A stretch of 64,000 nucleotides of DNA, from assembly GCF_038025025.1 (NCBI RefSeq), contig NW_027117338.1, forward strand, positions 868,001 to 932,000, written 5' to 3'. Made by a program: the position numbers and the translations under genes. The DNA is from Phyllosticta citribraziliensis (taxonomy: Eukaryota). Position 1 is the stretch's first letter. The number at the start of each line of letters is the position of its first letter. The notes under the pieces are model-generated. The model was not told the origin of the DNA. It did no database searches and worked only from the letters and a program-made list of their open reading frames with translations. Positions 48,282 through 59,982 of the stretch are shown here, piece by piece.

Positions 48282-50207
48282 ATGCCACTGCCTGACAGGT
48301 TCAACGCCGCCGGCAGCAATGGCAGGGCGCTTCGGCCGACCCTTGCGTCCTCCCGCACCTCTAAAACGCCCCTCACCCCGAAACTTGCCTCGACCCAAAG
48401 CACCCCGTCGCTGTCTGCGTCCTCGAACCGCTCCGCCTTGTCCTCGACGAGCTCCAATCCCCGCACCGCCGAAGAGTCCCTTAGCAACAATGTGACGCCC
48501 CGCTCGTCCGCGAGGCGGTCAAGAGCCGGCAGCAACCAGTCCACCCCCTCGGGCACCCCAGATACCCCTAGCGGCCCTCGTCTTGTCGACCCCCCAAGGA
48601 GCACTCCCACATTGGGCTATGGAAGCACTCCCTCCAGGCCCAGGTCTGTTGTGAGCAGCGCAGGCAAGTCTGAGAGTGCACCTAGGCTGGCCAATCCCTC
48701 TGCGAGGGTGCGCTCTCGTCCCAACAGCGAAATTGGCGTCAATGACAGGGACTCCAAGTTTTTCCACGCCAGCGCCGTCCGCTCCCAAGAGCCCACCAGC
48801 GCCCCGCCGCCCAAAAAGTCAACCACCTTTCTCCATTCGAGTGGGGAAAAGGGCAGAGATGACACGCGCCCCGCACACATGGCATCACCGCCGCTGTCGG
48901 CGCTAGGGATCGAAAGGAGCCGTCCAAACAGCGTGGTCGAAACCAAATTCTTTCACGCAAATACTATTCCTGATTCGAAGAACAGCTCACCCTTGACTTC
49001 ACCGCCTCCGCTATCGGCAACATCTCCACACTTTGGGCAACCGTCATCTCCTCTCAAGGACTCGGGACACTGGCCAAACGGCAGGGGAACTCCAAGACCA
49101 AACGCGGCCCGGCGCGCGCCTTCGGAGATTTCGACCTTTTCAAATTCTGATGTGAGCGCAAAACCAGGCAACCAGCGGAGATGGAGCGGTGAGCAGAATG
49201 GAGCTGCTGCTCGTCATGGAAAGAGCCCGAGTCTATCTTCGATCGACTCGGCGACCACAACAAGACGGTCGATATCCAGTACTTTGGAAGAAGCGTCTCC
49301 CAACGGCTTTCAACTCGACGTAATATCTCCCTCTACGATACATTCGGGTGGTGCTCCTGCACATGGACGAAGTGGAAGCGTCGTCGGCAAGGAGCAGCAT
49401 ACTGGCTTGCAATCACCCCTTTCACTTCCTCAGAGCCCCACATCAGCGACGGCGGCGGATTCTGACTCGGCGCAAAATCCACTGCAAAAGATGAATGAAT
49501 TGGCTGCAAATGCAAGAAGGGAAAGAAAGGTGCTGGATCTAGAAATCAGCAATTCGTCTCTCTTGGCCATCAATCGGCAGCTGGAACGCGAGGTTCGCAA
49601 ACAAAAGGCTGAGCTAAAGCGATTTCGACGACTAAGCAGAGCTGGTCGTATTCCCTCGGCTGGCACGAACAGATCTTCGATTCTTTCTTCCGTTAATGAA
49701 GGCGAAGCGAATGATGATGACGAATTGCTTGGCCTTGGGACCTCGGATGACGAGAGCGACGACGAGTTCAAGTCCAGCGGCTCCGGTGACGAGTTTTCTA
49801 GTGAATCGTCAACGGATGAAGGTGCTCTTACACCAGGGGCATTGGCAGAAAGGGATGCCAAGCATCTCCTCCAGGACCAAAAGCGTTTGCAATTGGACCT
49901 CTCCAAACATCGAGAGATCCTCGTCGACAGCCAAAAATTGAACCAGAGCCTTAAGCGCTGTCTGACAGCCACGGAGCTGATGATAAAAGAAGGAAAAAAG
50001 GCGCTGGATCATCGAATCCGCGTAAGCGACGTCCAACTAGGCGGGCGCGTATTGACCAAAGAAGATCAAAACGAGTCAGGTTCTGAATCGGAGGGCGAGG
50101 GAGTTTCGCGCGGAGGCTCACTTCTTCCAGCCTGGAATCGTGACAGCGCTGTGGAGCTCAACGGTCCCAAGCCTCCCCCCGATTACTTTACCGGTGCGCA
50201 CTACTAA
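48282..50207 (+). CDS. Conserved fungal Ser/Pro-rich coiled-coil protein, unknown function, intronless
   Basis: 641-codon ORF from ATG 48282 with repeated KFFHA and a coiled-coil ANARRERKVLDLEISNSSLLAINRQLERE. Divergent from Pol kappa. Confidence 0.85.
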   Translation: MPLPDRFNAAGSNGRALRPTLASSRTSKTPLTPKLASTQSTPSLSASSNRSALSSTSSNPRTAEESLSNNVTPRSSARRSRAGSNQSTPSGTPDTPSGPRLVDPPRSTPTLGYGSTPSRPRSVVSSAGKSESAPRLANPSARVRSRPNSEIGVNDRDSKFFHASAVRSQEPTSAPPPKKSTTFLHSSGEKGRDDTRPAHMASPPLSALGIERSRPNSVVETKFFHANTIPDSKNSSPLTSPPPLSATSPHFGQPSSPLKDSGHWPNGRGTPRPNAARRAPSEISTFSNSDVSAKPGNQRRWSGEQNGAAARHGKSPSLSSIDSATTTRRSISSTLEEASPNGFQLDVISPSTIHSGGAPAHGRSGSVVGKEQHTGLQSPLSLPQSPTSATAADSDSAQNPLQKMNELAANARRERKVLDLEISNSSLLAINRQLEREVRKQKAELKRFRRLSRAGRIPSAGTNRSSILSSVNEGEANDDDELLGLGTSDDESDDEFKSSGSGDEFSSESSTDEGALTPGALAERDAKHLLQDQKRLQLDLSKHREILVDSQKLNQSLKRCLTATELMIKEGKKALDHRIRVSDVQLGGRVLTKEDQNESGSESEGEGVSRGGSLLPAWNRDSAVELNGPKPPPDYFTGAHY

Positions 50208-50717
50208 ATTCCCTAATGTCTGAACAATCCCTTTGCGATGTCGACGTTTTGGACACGATCGTTTCATCTCTCATCTCTATCTCATTTCACATGTCAGTCT
50301 TTTTGGGTCTCCTTGGTCACTGGAGTGTCTTCATCCGAGACTGGAAGGCGTTTTACAGTCGTCGTGTGGTTTTCCATGTTTTAGCAAGCTCAGCGCCGTA
50401 TCTTTTTGTTTCCCTACCTTTAGTCTGTCTCCCCTTATTACGCATCCGGCTAGGGTGGGTGTCTGTCCTCCTTGTACTTCATCTAGAGATACCCCAGCTT
50501 TCAACTTGAGTCAAGCCGCCGCCTTCGTCTTTGATTTATACCACTTGTGATTTCTAGTCTACCATAGAATGGCCCCCCAAAATAGTCTAAGAAATTGTAT
50601 TACGCCTTCTGGGCTTGACCTCCACCCTTGTTTTGGTTGCAAAAGTCGTAGCGTTGAGGCTCAGGTTCTGCGAATTGGAGCTCAAATGTTCTTGAGAGCA
50701 CACTGGTCTGTAGTGGC

Positions 50718-50862
50718 TTGGATGCTCCCTATGGTTTTCGGTCGAAGCCTATGAATGCTCCCTATGGTTTTCAGCCGAACCTCATGAATGCTCCCTATAG
50801 TTATCAGTCGAAGCGTATGAATGCTCCCAATAGTTTCCAGTCGGTGCCCCATGACTAGTCCC
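50718..50862 (-). repeat. 33-bp tandem minisatellite (4 good units plus 1 degenerate) with the GAATGCTCCC core
   Basis: Approximate unit ATGAATGCTCCCTATGGTTTTCAGTCGAAGCCT. Cores at 50720, 50753, 50786 and 50819. Confidence 0.85.
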
Positions 50863-50894
50863 TCGACTTTTGCAACCAAGCCTCGACCCATGTC

Positions 50895-53215
50895 TTAAGA
50901 TTCTTGATCAGCCTTGATGAGATTAAGTAACCAGTCAGGGATAGAGGGCTTCTCGTTCCAATGCTCCTCATATATCTCCTTCCACTGTGGCACGCTCTGC
51001 TCAGGGATGGCAAACACCGCCGTGACAAACCACTGTTTCTTTCCGGCGCTGATCTTGTTCTTCAAAATCGGCAGCAAAGTCCGTGGGTCAACCAAATTAC
51101 TGTTCGCATCGGCCTCGAGCATACTCCCTTCTCTTCCAGTCTCAGCACCAAGCAAATCCACGATTCCCACGGCTCCAGATCTGGAGACGGACAAGACTGC
51201 CTCTCCTCGAATCTTGTACCCTTCACCAACCTCGTCGTCGAACGCTCCCAGCGTCCTGCCATCGCGCTCCCAGCAGCCGTGTACAGCAAATGCACCCTCT
51301 GCCGTTTCAATTGACCTTTTACTCTCGATGCGATGGCACCTCAAATGCCAGTACGGATTGCGCTCCGCAGGGGGGACCAACCACGTGTCCACCCTGACGT
51401 CGGACCAAGGCTTCATCGCGCTGACCAAGACGGGCAAGCCATCGCGCTCCTCAAAGCGCGCGTCGAGGACCTCGCGCCTCATTTTCCAAATCTCGCCGCC
51501 GTCGTCGCTCAGCGCGAGCGCAGACTCGGGGACAAACTGCTCGAGCGTGTACGAGCCCGTCGACACGCTGTACGCGAATGCGGCGCTGTATGCAAACTTG
51601 CCGTACTTGGCCTGCGTGTTCTTGAGCGGGTAATGGCAGCTCTGGCCGCTGCAGAGCAAAAAGTGATGACCGCCCCTACAACTCACAATCTGCAGGGGGA
51701 CCTCGAGCTTGCGTATGGGCGGGAGAAGGCCCAGTTCGGCGGGATGTGGCTCCTCGGGAGCATTCCAGAACGGGTGCGAGTCGGGCAGGGCCAGCACCGC
51801 GAAAACAAGCATGCACCAGTACGGGGAGCCGGGCGAGTTGTAGTTCTCGGCCAAGTACGTGTTGGGATACGTGTAGCCGATGTTGAGCACACCGTTTGGC
51901 TGGAAGATGTGCTCCTGGCGCGTCCACCAGCGCAGGTTCCGCAGCAGTATTCCCTTGACCACGCCCCAGGTCAGCGGCGCGGGAAGCTCCACGTCCGCGA
52001 ACGCCACCGCTGACCAAAACGCTGCCATGGCGAATCTGTACGTCAGGCTGCGCCCAAACGTGATTCCTGCGCCGCTGCTGTCAAAGTAGTATGCAAAGTC
52101 TACTGCATACGCGCGAGAGCGGTTCTTGAATTCTTCCGCCCGCGCAGGATCTGTTGACTCGGTCAGCTTGGCGTACAGCAGCTGCAAGTACTGGATGGCG
52201 TATGATCCGCTGTAGTAGTCCATTTGCGTGTAGCCAGCCGGGCCGTCGTTGGACCATCCGGAGCCTCGGTAGAAAGTGTTGAGTTGGACCAGGTCACGCT
52301 CGATTTGCGAAGACGAGTATTCAGCGCCATTTTGGGCGAGGCCAAGGTTGGCAAAGACGCGGAACCAGAGCCTGGACACGTAGGGAGAAGTGTTAGTGGG
52401 CGGGATCGGGTGAAAGGAGGTCAGTGAAGAGGATTCTGGAAACGAGTGGTCCCGTGGAGGGACATGCGGAGCATTCAAGCTCAAGTGCTCCCGTAGAGGG
52501 CTCTGGGAGCATTCAAGTGTGAAAACGATTGGTGGAAAAATTTGGGGTCATCTCGAATTCTCGAATCCATCTCGAATCCGCTCGTGGCGTGGGGGTCACT
52601 TGCTCTCAGGGGTTCAGGGGGCGTAAGATCGAACAACTTTGAAACCGACAACACACTTCTCAAGAAACCCACTGAAATTTTGAGACATGCAAAAGCAACA
52701 TACCAGTTTGTATTCGGCATATCCTTTTCGTTCATACTCCCCAAGTACGCCTCGACGTTCTTCTTCTGCCTCTCGTCCAACCTCTTCCAAAAGTAATCCC
52801 CCGCAATCGCCAGCGCGAACCCAATCGGACAAGCCTCGACCATGCGCTGGTCTTTGTCCTCCATGTAGCCCCAGAACTCGTCGCTCTCTGGGTCAGTCGC
52901 ATTGATCAACCCCTTGATCCAAAGCTCCGCCCCCTCCCACCAAAAGCCCCCTGCCAGTAGCGGCGCCAGCCCCCACAGGGGGCGAGCGTAGCCTTCGCCT
53001 TGCGCGGCAGTTTCGTCGAATCGCGTGCCGCTGGCGCCCACGCGGATCAGAGCGCCGCCCGGCGAGGCGCCCGCGCGCAGTGGATCCAACAACGCGATGC
53101 ATGCGGCCGCAAGGTCATCACGAGTCGCGATGGGATTCAGCGAGAAGGCGTGCGGCGGATGCGAGCGGTTGCGCGACGCTGTGGCGGCCGAGGCGCTGGG
53201 GGCATGACTAGACAT
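50895..53215 (-). CDS. DUF2264 family protein (GH154 beta-glucuronidase-like), no signal peptide; 2 exons
   Basis: [28 protein letters not shown] (332-nt intron 52372-52703), [40 protein letters not shown]. Confidence 0.85.
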
Positions 53216-54546
53216 GGTTTCCTTCGGACTTGGCGGTGGACGTCGGTTGCGAGCAATGTGGATGCCTTGATACTCATGCGGTTGGCTTGGGAGGCTCCGA
53301 CTGTCGTATCTCCTGTTTATCTTTGCTGATTTCGGTCGATGAGCTTTTGAAATAGCTGTGCCTCCGCGGTTTTGCGGATGTTTGGCGTTCTCGGTGACTG
53401 ATGACGATGTGCGAATTGACCGTTTGCGATGGTGTTCCAAAAGGGGTAATGGCGAACGGTGCGGTCCGTTAAGTGAAACCAACAGCAATTCAATCAATCG
53501 CTATCTCTTTCGTGCCAAGGAATCCGTAGCCCTGCAGTGGCGCCAACAGGCTGGCTGTGGCACAACTTTTGAGGTTGATTGGATAATTTAGTTCCTTGAG
53601 GCTGATCTTCTTTCGTGATGCTGGCGGAAACTTGACCTGGCTGTCCGTGAGACCAAGCCGTCCTGTTTTCCTCTTGGTATGTCTTACATACGTCCTCCAG
53701 TCGCACTTTAACCTCTTCTATCCTCGGTGTCCTTTTAACCGACCCCGGCTAAATGGCGCGTGGCGTGAGAGGGTCGGCACCATGTCGGTTCACTCCAAGG
53801 GTTCGGAGGTGGTGAGAAAGATGGGGAGACCCACTGTCTACTCCGCATCATGTGGCATCCTTGTCGACTCTAAAGCTGGGGTATGTGGCGGCGGGGAACC
53901 TGAACTTTTCCATTCCAGGATGTGATCTGCAACGTCAACTCGTGGTCAAATATCCATCTTCGCTTCGGCTTGGCCAGCAGCTGCCCAAACTCTCTGTAGA
54001 ACAAATCTACGCTTGGAAGGTTAGTTTGTGACCAGATTTGAATGAACCGCGGCCCGGATTCTGTGCGAGCAACGCACCTCAGCGGAGATGCACAATTCAG
54101 CCCTCAAGTTCAGCTCAAAGAAACGTCGAGGCCTCGACCGTTGCCATGATATCCAACCGCCTTGGCTCTCCAGCCATCGAAAACGGAGCACAAAGCGCCG
54201 CCTTTGTTTGCTGTCGGTCGGAAAATTCGACCGCGTCTTGGGATCTGATCTTATTCGTGCTGATATACCCGCCTGGTTTTCCCACTACTCAGAGTAATTG
54301 TCCGTCGCCCTGCCGCTCATTTAGGGCCTAGGCCGACTGCCTTGGCTGACTCGCCATCTGTCACGACAGGGCTTGCTGGTGCATAGATAGATGGACTTTG
54401 TCCGCGACGACAACGCTTCGACTTCGTCACTCAATCTTCAGCCTTGACTACTTTTGCCCGGTGCTAGCTGTGGCTGTTCTTCTGGTCGCCCTTCGTTCTT
54501 CCCCAACTGGTCGCGCACGTGGGCTCGCCCGCCCCTTCCTCCCACA

Positions 54547-56701
54547 ATGACCAATTTCCTCAAGCTCGTGGTCAAAAATCAGGCGATCCATGAAGACCCA
54601 ACGCAAATATACGGATGGCGGGTTTTCATGCTGGCATGCAGCGCATGCTTCGGAGGCATGCTGTTCGGCATGGACATTGGAATTATTTCAGGTACTCTAC
54701 GGCATTAGAAAAAGGCTCGAGCTAATAGATTTTACAGGGAGGAGTCCTGACGCTACCGGCATTCAAGAAAATGTACAGCCTCGATGGTCGAAGTGCCACC
54801 TCTCTTGCGAATCTTGAGGCCAACATAGTCTCCACACTCCAAGCCGGTAAGTTGGGACTTACTGCACTCCTGGAATTTGAAAGCTTATTAGGCCCAGGCT
54901 GTTTTGCAGCGTGCTTCGTAGCCTCCTGGATCGCGGACAAATGGGGACGGAGGATCGGCCTATTGCTCAGCGCCATTGTCGCAATTGTCGGTTGTGTAAT
55001 GCAAGCCGCGGGTGAAGGGCATCTTCCGGTCATGTACATTGGCAGGTATGGTTGCGCTTTAAAATCTTGCCGCCAAGCAACGCAATCAGAAACTGTACTG
55101 ACCGGTAAAATAGATTTGTGGCGGGTGTCGGAGTAGGTGCAGCCAGCATGATCACTCCTTTGTATGTCAGTGAAAATGCGCGTAAGTCTTTCGTCATAAT
55201 GCATCTCCCGTGGTCTCCGTTGGTAGGACTGATGAGATTTCAGCGCGTGCGATTCGTGGAGGCCTGACAGGACTTTACCAACTCTTTATTGTAACCGGCA
55301 CCATGTTGGCCTTCTGGACGAACTATGGTTCTTTGCTGCATCTGTCGGGCAAATCCACATTTAGTGAGTCAAGTTCAGCTCGTGGAATCGCCTATGGGAC
55401 TCGACTGACTCTTTCCTAGTTGTCCCCTTGATAGTCCAAGCTCTTCCAGCGATACTTCTTCTTGTCAGCATGTACCTTTGCAACGAGTCCCCACGCTGGC
55501 TAGCAAAACAAGACCGCAACGAGGAGGCGCTGAGAATTCTCACTCGTGTCCGCCAGTTGCCAGAGGAGCATCCATATATCCAGGCCGAGTTGACTGAGAT
55601 CAAAGAACAGCTTGATCACGAGCGCGAGCTAATTGCGGGCTCATCGTACAAGGACCTGTTGAGAGAAATGTGGCTCATCCCCGGCAACCGGAAAGTGAGT
55701 TCAAAAACAACCACTTGCCTGTTTTTCCCCCTCTTTCTCTCATGACAGAGCTAATCTAGTGATGTTAGCGTGCTCTCATAAGTGTTGGTCTGATGGTTGC
55801 GCAACAAATGACTGGAACTAACGCGTGAGTTTGGCTCACGAACTCATACTGAAAGGGGAAACCTGTAGGTGATGAACTGACTTTGGCAGAATCAACTACT
55901 TCGCACCTCAAATCTTCAAATCCCTCGGCATAGGCAAAACAGAGAGTGGCCTTTTTGCAACCGGCATCTATGGTGTGGTCAAAATGGTGGCGTGCGCCTG
56001 CTTCCTGCTCTTCGTCGCCGATTCTCTTGGAAGACGCCGCTCGCTGCTGTGGACCAGCATCGCACAAGGGCTAAGTATGTACTACATAGCCATATACATA
56101 CGCGTGTCGCCGCCGGTCGAGGGAGACCCTGTTCCACCAGCTGGCTACGTTGCCATCGTCGCGGTCTTCTTGTTCGCTTCCTTCTTTCAGTTTGGTTGGG
56201 GCCCGGTCCCGTGGATCTACACGAGCGAGATTCCGTCAGCACGCTTGCGGTCGATGAATGTTGCGCTCGCAGCCGGGACTCAGTGGCTGTTCAACTTTGT
56301 TGTTGCAAGGGCGACACCAAACATGATTGCGACTGTCGGAAAGTCTGGATACGGGTCAGTTGGTTCATGCCTGCAATTTGTGAGTTCGAGACTGACGTTT
56401 CTTTAGAACCTACTTCATCTACGGCTCATTCTGCTTCAGCATGTTTGTGTTTGTTTGGTTCTTTATTCCCGAAACCAAAGGTAGGGGATTAAAGCTTCCA
56501 GAAAGTGGAGGCAGTGCTGATGACGTTCCAGGACTTTCTCTCGAGCGCATGGACGAACTCTTCGGTGTGACTGAGCTGCACAGAGATATGGAGACGGGAC
56601 AACGCAGCAGTGTGTCAACGCCACGTGTGGTGGATGAGAAGCATGGAATCGAACAGGTGGAGGTCGCTCCCCAACCAGAGCCGCTGGACAAGAGAGGCTG
56701 A
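54547..56701 (+). CDS. MFS sugar porter, quinate/galacturonate (GatA/GAT-1-like) clade; 10 exons
   Basis: [92 protein letters not shown]. Nine introns with donors near 54692, 54847, 55046, 55182, 55364, 55696, 55825, 56355 and 56481. Confidence 0.88.
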
Positions 56702-58334
56702 AAGGTCGCCTGCAGAATCATCAACGTCGGGATCGTCAGAGGGAAGGGTATCATGGACGTCGCCTTAGTTCAAACTATTCCTTTCTCTTTTCCCACCGCC
56801 CCAATACGACCGCCCTGTCCGGATACCCCAGGCGTTGGCACTGCCGTCATGGCAGTGTCCCATATCTTCCCACGCCCGAGTTCATAAAGACTACGTCTGG
56901 GCTCAATCTCAATTTTGACCGGTTTGGCGAGCGAGACGTCGTGTGAGATGGCGCTGTCTTTGCAAACTCGAGTTGGATTGGCCCAGATGTTTCCGAGAGT
57001 CGATACGCTTCCAGAAGGACCACCTGGACGACATGGACCAATTGCCTTTGACTTTGCTTTACATGATGTCTGTCGCATCGAGAAATGCTCAGTCATTGAT
57101 TCTGAGCCGCCGAGCCGGCAAACTTGCGAAGTCCATCGAACGCTCCCACCGGAAAGACGCCACGACTTGATCGCATAGGTCCAGCATCACGACGACCACT
57201 ATTGCTCATCACTGCTTGATTTTCATGCCGCGAGTTTCTTTCCTGAGCCTTTTTTTGCCCTTCATCAGCAACTCCTGTTCGGGCTTGTCTGCATTGCGCT
57301 TCGAAACATTTTGACACCGCCCAAGAATACCCACTCAGCGAATACTTCTCGACTTTCTGCTGTAGACTTGGCCGTATAGATCATTCTTTCCCGTGGAAAC
57401 TTGTCGTTGCTGGCACCATCTCGTTTTCTTGCATTGTTCCCACGCTCTTGATTTGGAGCCTTTTCTCAGACAGATCCGTCTTGATTTTGGAGCTACTGCG
57501 TCATTCGTCAACTCCGCATCCAGTCAGCAAACTCTGCGGTAGTTGGTGTGACTACATAGCTGCCGTGCGTTGAAGAATACTGCGGTGTTGATTACTCAAA
57601 GCAAGCGTCGGCGTATTTCCAGTGAGACGGAGGGATGAATTAGTCTAGCGTTAGAGCATCCAGGGCGACGGGGTCGGAATAAAGTTGGTGGATTCGCAAG
57701 CGATTGGCGACGAGGGGAGAGCGCACAGGGCAGCCCCTGGACCCTGGCTGGCCATGACCGACGGGAACATCACACGCACCCAGCTAGCCAACTCGTCACT
57801 AGTAGCAAAAACGCATCAATCGATCCCTTGCTCCCGCCCGCCCGTCTCCGCCAGCTAGTCAACGGCCGTCCTTCTCCAAAAAAGCACATGTCCAACCGCG
57901 TCCAGTTCTGGCCGCCAATCCGCCAATGCTCTCGTCCTACTCGATACCCTAGTCCGGCCTGGCAGGCCCAGCCGGCATACCGCAGGCTCCGTGCTACCCG
58001 CCGCCCTCTTTCGTGGCCAGCGTCAAGGATACCAGCGGAGGGGGTGGGAAGAGACGTCCACCAGCCGTGGGCTCCCTCGTCCCCGGTCCACCTCTAAGCC
58101 ACGGACGGACGCGCCAGCTATGTGTGTCTTGGACCTTCGCGTCCGCCCACCCAGGCCCATTCCCACGGACTTAGGGCTTTGGTACGTTACGGTGGAGGCA
58201 GCTCCGGACGTTTATAACGCGCACTTTGACAGGCTATGGGTCATTCTGGCCATATACTCTATCAAGACAGCCATTGCCCCTTTTCTTCTACTCTGACAGC
58301 TTCATTCCTCTGATCGCATGCATACACATCGACG

Positions 58335-59635
58335 ATGCCCATTATGCCGCCCATCAAGGTGCTCCTCGACTTCGTCTACACGCAGCTCTTCGTCAAGCCG
58401 CCCAAGCCGACGCAATCCTTTGCCGGCCGCACCGTCATCGTGACGGGCGCCAACGTTGGCCTAGGCCTCGAGACCGCCCGGTACGCTGCGCGGTTGGGCG
58501 CGGCCAAAGTCATCATCACGTCGCGGCGCGTCGACGCCGGCGAGCGGGCCAAGCAGGACATTTACAAGTCGGAGAAGCTATCGGATCCCACCCTCGTCGA
58601 GGTGTGGCAGCTGGACCTCTGCGTGAGTGGCACCGTCCGTGGCTTGTTGGCGAAAGTCGTGGCACACAACAAGAGCAGGGAATCAGTCTCGTCCTTAGGG
58701 AGCATTCAAGTCACTCTACACTAGAGAATGTGCTCAAGAGCATTCATGAGTCTAAGAGAAGAGCAAAAGGGAGCATTCAAGCGTCCATGAGCGGCAGTGC
58801 GTGGGAGGCTGTGTGTGCCATGAGTTTTCCTACCGAGCCCCGCTCCTCCCTCGATGAAGTCATCTAATTCTCGTAGGATTATGAAAACGTCCAAGCCTTT
58901 GCGGCGCGCGCAGAGCAGCTCCCCCGCCTCGACGCACTCGTGTGCAATGCCGGCGTCGCTACATCGCACTTCAAACTAGCTCAAGGCCACGAAACAACCA
59001 TCACGACCAACGTCATCTCGACGTTCCTGCTCGCGCTGCTGCTGCTGCCCAAGCTGCGCGCGACGGCGCGCGAGACGGGCACGCTGACGCACCTCGAAAT
59101 CGTTTCGTCGCTCGTCCACTTCTTCACCGACTTCCCCGAGCGCGATGCCCGCCCCGGCCAGCTGTTTTCCGACCTGTCCGACGAGAAGAAAGCCCGCATG
59201 GACGACCGCTACAACGTCTCCAAGCTCCTCGAGGTCTTTGCCGTGCGCCAGCTCGCCGCCGACCCTGAGCTCATGGGCGCTCGGAGTGACACCTCGCCAT
59301 ATCCCGTCGTTGTGACGGCCGTCAACCCCGGGTTTTGTGACTCGGCGCTGCGACGCGAGTTCTACGAGGGCTCGAAGATCACAAAATACGCCCTCAAAGC
59401 ATTTGAGCTGGTCATGGCACGGTCGAGTGAAGAGGGCGCTAGAAATCTTGTTCTGGCGGTGGCGCCAAGCAAAGCGGACCAGACGTGGCACGGGCAGTAC
59501 ATCAGCGAAGGCAAAGTGAAGCCCCCATCCAAATTCGTGCTGTCCGAAGCAGGCCTGAAGCAGCAAAAGAGGGTATGGGAGGAGATGGCAGTGATTTTGG
59601 ACAAGATCCAACCGGGAGTAACAAAGAACTTTTGA
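58335..59635 (+). CDS. Short-chain dehydrogenase/reductase (retinol dehydrogenase-like); 2 exons
   Basis: TGANVGLG, WQLDLC|DYENV (254-nt intron 58623-58876), CNAG, VSS, YNVSK, VNPG. Confidence 0.9.
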
Positions 59636-59982
59636 ATGCTTCTCAGGGGTGTCATGTCTGCGGAGGCTAACGACTGATGAAGAACACGGTCCTTTGTTTA
59701 AATCCTAAATCCGCTCTGCTCATAGGTTGGTATGATTAGGCAGATGGAGAATTCAAATTGAATTGTTGCACTGCCGACCTATCCATTGACAGGAACAGAC
59801 CGCAATATGGAAACCTCTCAGACCCAAAACATGCAAGCCTCCAGTGAAAGCACGACGGCCTTCACCCTTATTGTCATCATTCGCAATCGTTACTTCCTTT
59901 GGTTTTGTGTATAGTGCGCGTCTTTGGCCAGCGATGATGCCGTGTGCGCCGCAACGCCATGTGTTCGGGTGTGTATGCCAAC

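Noticed and set aside
53230..53236. Single CCGCCAA (GaaR/GARE-like) match in the DUF2264-transporter intergenic region
   Set aside because: One short match only 15 bp from the ATG is expected by chance.
56770..57560. Minus-strand ORF fragments downstream of the transporter
   Set aside because: I could not build a consistent gene model or recognise a domain.
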